DNA from: Candidatus Aenigmatarchaeota archaeon
GTDB taxonomy: Archaea; Aenigmatarchaeota; Aenigmatarchaeia; CG10238-14; SCSR01
Length of the DNA stretch: 48,506 nucleotides
Assembly: GCA_016187405.1 (NCBI GenBank)
Contig: JACPJS010000010.1
Location: 1 to 48,506, forward strand
Direction of reading: 5' to 3'
Part shown: positions 46,926 through 48,506 of the stretch, piece by piece
How positions within the stretch are numbered: the stretch's first letter is position 1
Layout: each line of letters begins with the position of its first letter
Notes under the pieces: generated by a model
Database searches by the model: none
What the model was told of the DNA's origin: nothing
Seen by the model: only the letters and a program-made list of their open reading frames with translations
Translations under genes and position numbers: made by a program

Positions 46926-47043
46926 TGAAACAAGATTTTTACTGGCTAATGTAATAACCGAAAACCGCTTTATCGATGACGCAAGAAAAGTTTTCAAAAA
47001 GTCCCGCTATTTAGGCAATGCTCTAATTAACAGGCTTAAATAA
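46918..47043 (+). pseudogene. Fragment resembling an IS6-like DDE transposase
   Basis: Frame reads IDSETRFLLANVITENRFIDDARKVFKK, recalling the segment after the first catalytic Asp of archaeal IS6-like transposases (recognised from memory). Confidence 0.5.
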
Positions 47044-47064
47044 TTAAGCCTCTATTGAAAATAC

Positions 47065-47787
47065 ATGCCAAATCAAGTTAGTGATGCAGACATAATCTTT
47101 AATAGATTTTTTAAGAGTTATGATTCTTTTATACCTACAGCTGAAGATGTATTTCGCAATCCAAGACCTGTGCTTGAAGTAAGAGAATTGTACATACAAG
47201 ACATTCTTAGTAGAGATCCTCCTAGAATAGGAGATGGTTCAAGCGAGTTGAGACATTTTAGAACACTTAGACCAACTGCTAATCCAGATTTTGGTGCGTT
47301 ATTCGGAGAGAAAAGAGTGGTTTTAGCTGAATCGGAAAAATCTGGAATAAGAAATACAGCAACAAATCGGTTCATTGATGTAAGATTGCAGTTTGTCCTA
47401 GAATCTGTAGGAGAAGGTACTCCTCGTGTTGGATTTGGTTGGGATGAATTTGTATATGATGGCGATCATCGAACTCGAAGGCAATCACCATTGCCAACAA
47501 ATAGAGATATTTTCGAAAGAGGTTTGCCTCTTCAAGTAAAAAGAATTCGTTATAAAACAAATAGTGGGCATGGTGTTTACGGTGAAGACCTTACAGTAGC
47601 TCTTCTGCAACCTGATGGAAAATACGAAGTTGCGACACCCGTTAATAGAAAGATTTCTGAAATGGATGATTCAGCAATCGTTGTCAAATCCCCGCAAGGA
47701 ATAAGAGCTTGGGTTCCGCACTATGTTAATGTTAGTATAGGTTATGTGAAACCGTCAGATGTCACATTATATGTTCCAACTTCTTAA
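47065..47787 (+). CDS. Hypothetical protein (orphan, 240 aa)
   Basis: Long ATG ORF; GCTTAAAT box about 23 nt upstream. Confidence 0.7.
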   Translation: MPNQVSDADIIFNRFFKSYDSFIPTAEDVFRNPRPVLEVRELYIQDILSRDPPRIGDGSSELRHFRTLRPTANPDFGALFGEKRVVLAESEKSGIRNTATNRFIDVRLQFVLESVGEGTPRVGFGWDEFVYDGDHRTRRQSPLPTNRDIFERGLPLQVKRIRYKTNSGHGVYGEDLTVALLQPDGKYEVATPVNRKISEMDDSAIVVKSPQGIRAWVPHYVNVSIGYVKPSDVTLYVPTS

Positions 47788-47880
47788 GTTTACATACAAG
47801 TTTTACCAATCGATGATGCGATAGAATTCCAGAAAGAGGATTTGGATTTTGATAAACTTGGTTTAAAACGATATTTATAA

Positions 47881-47953
47881 TGGACTGAACGGGATTCGAA
47901 CCCGTGGCCTCATGCTTGCAAAGCACGCGATCTACCAACTGATCTATCAGCCC
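47881..47953 (-). tRNA. tRNA-Ala(UGC)
   Basis: GGGCTGA/TCAGTCC acceptor with G3-U70; CGTGC-TTTGCAA-GCATG anticodon arm; GGTTCGAATCC. Confidence 0.96.
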
Positions 47954-47997
47954 GAGATATATAGATTGTTCTAACTTGGATTTAAATTTATGAAAGA

Positions 47998-48342
47998 TTA
48001 TGGAGGCAGTTCTCTTAGAATATCGTAAAATATCTGAAGTAATGTACTTGATGATGGATCTGCGCGAGTAGGGCCATGATGATAATAATCACACATTGTG
48101 GTATCTATTAAGGTTCCTGGTGGACGGTCATGTAAATCGTAGCGAGTCCAGCATTTATGATAAGGTATACCTGTATCACCTTCCCAGTATAAGCTTCCTT
48201 CGTATCCAACGCCTACATGTGCACCAAAATTCTCTCTAGATACAGGACCTAATCTGGTTGTCAATTCTCTTTCAATTCTATCCTTAACAAACGAAGGTGA
48301 AACTGTGAGTGTAGACGATGTTATTCCGTATACTCCTGACAT
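47998..48342 (-). CDS. Hypothetical protein (orphan) between 16S and tRNA-Ala
   Basis: 114-aa ATG ORF with AAAGCTTAAAT box upstream. Confidence 0.65.
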   Translation of the reverse strand: MSGVYGITSSTLTVSPSFVKDRIERELTTRLGPVSRENFGAHVGVGYEGSLYWEGDTGIPYHKCWTRYDLHDRPPGTLIDTTMCDYYHHGPTRADPSSSTLLQIFYDILRELPP

Positions 48343-48455
48343 AAAACAAGGAAGGAAATTAAAGAATTTAAGCTTTTGAAAAATTCTGCTACAGGTAAGG
48401 CTTCTTAATTTGATGCCTAGAGGGATAGACTACGCTTTGCAACACTTGGATCTTT

Positions 48456-48497
48456 AGGAGGTGATCCAGCCGCACGTTCCCGTACGGCTACCTTGTT
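48456..48497 (-). rRNA. rrs: 16S rRNA 3' end (helix 45 and anti-SD); remainder outside window
   Basis: Minus strand AACAAGGUAGCCGUACGGGAACGUGCGGCUGGAUCACCUCCU. Confidence 0.95.
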
Positions 48498-48506
48498 TAT
48501 CGCTCT

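Larger units (their letters stand above)
43477..47023. mobile_element. Degenerate cargo element bounded by IS6-like inverted repeats
   Basis: TTGCCTAAGAAGTG (43482-43495) perfectly inverted at 46519-46532; third diverged inverted copy at 47005-47023; transposase-like fragment beside it. Confidence 0.55.

Overview
Chromosomal window from a low-GC archaeon. Evidence for an archaeon: eL/eS-type r-proteins, GatDE, TFB, a histone, aIF5A, Nob1, Cbf5 and bulge-helix-bulge (BHB) rRNA processing. The compact layout, gene losses and rRNA introns suggest a DPANN lineage (inference). Contents in order: cysS; the distal spc r-protein operon, interrupted by an island carrying nickel superoxide dismutase (sodN/sodX); tRNA-Ser; a gatD-gatE-agmatinase-deoxyhypusine synthase-decarboxylase run; pyrG; ychF; an 8-kb cluster of uncharacterised genes; pduO, tfb, nob1, histone and aIF5A; and a split rRNA locus (16S 3' end, tRNA-Ala, and a 23S gene with two BHB introns) whose spacer holds a decayed nuclease/helicase/MazG island with IS6-like ends. 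Most striking observations: (1) a 107-nt 23S intron that looks like a box C/D guide RNA with a perfect 11-nt antisense element to its own host 23S beside the peptidyl-transferase centre, plus a second C/D-like guide in the 23S leader; (2) the 8-kb cluster, which holds a paralogue pair, two metal-binding TIM barrels and two nucleotidyltransferase-HEPN fusions; (3) orphan genes on both sides of tfb whose junctions duplicate tfb's start and stop regions; (4) several substitutions at normally invariant PTC bases. All calls come from reading the sequence; no database searches were run. E. coli numbering is from a manual alignment.
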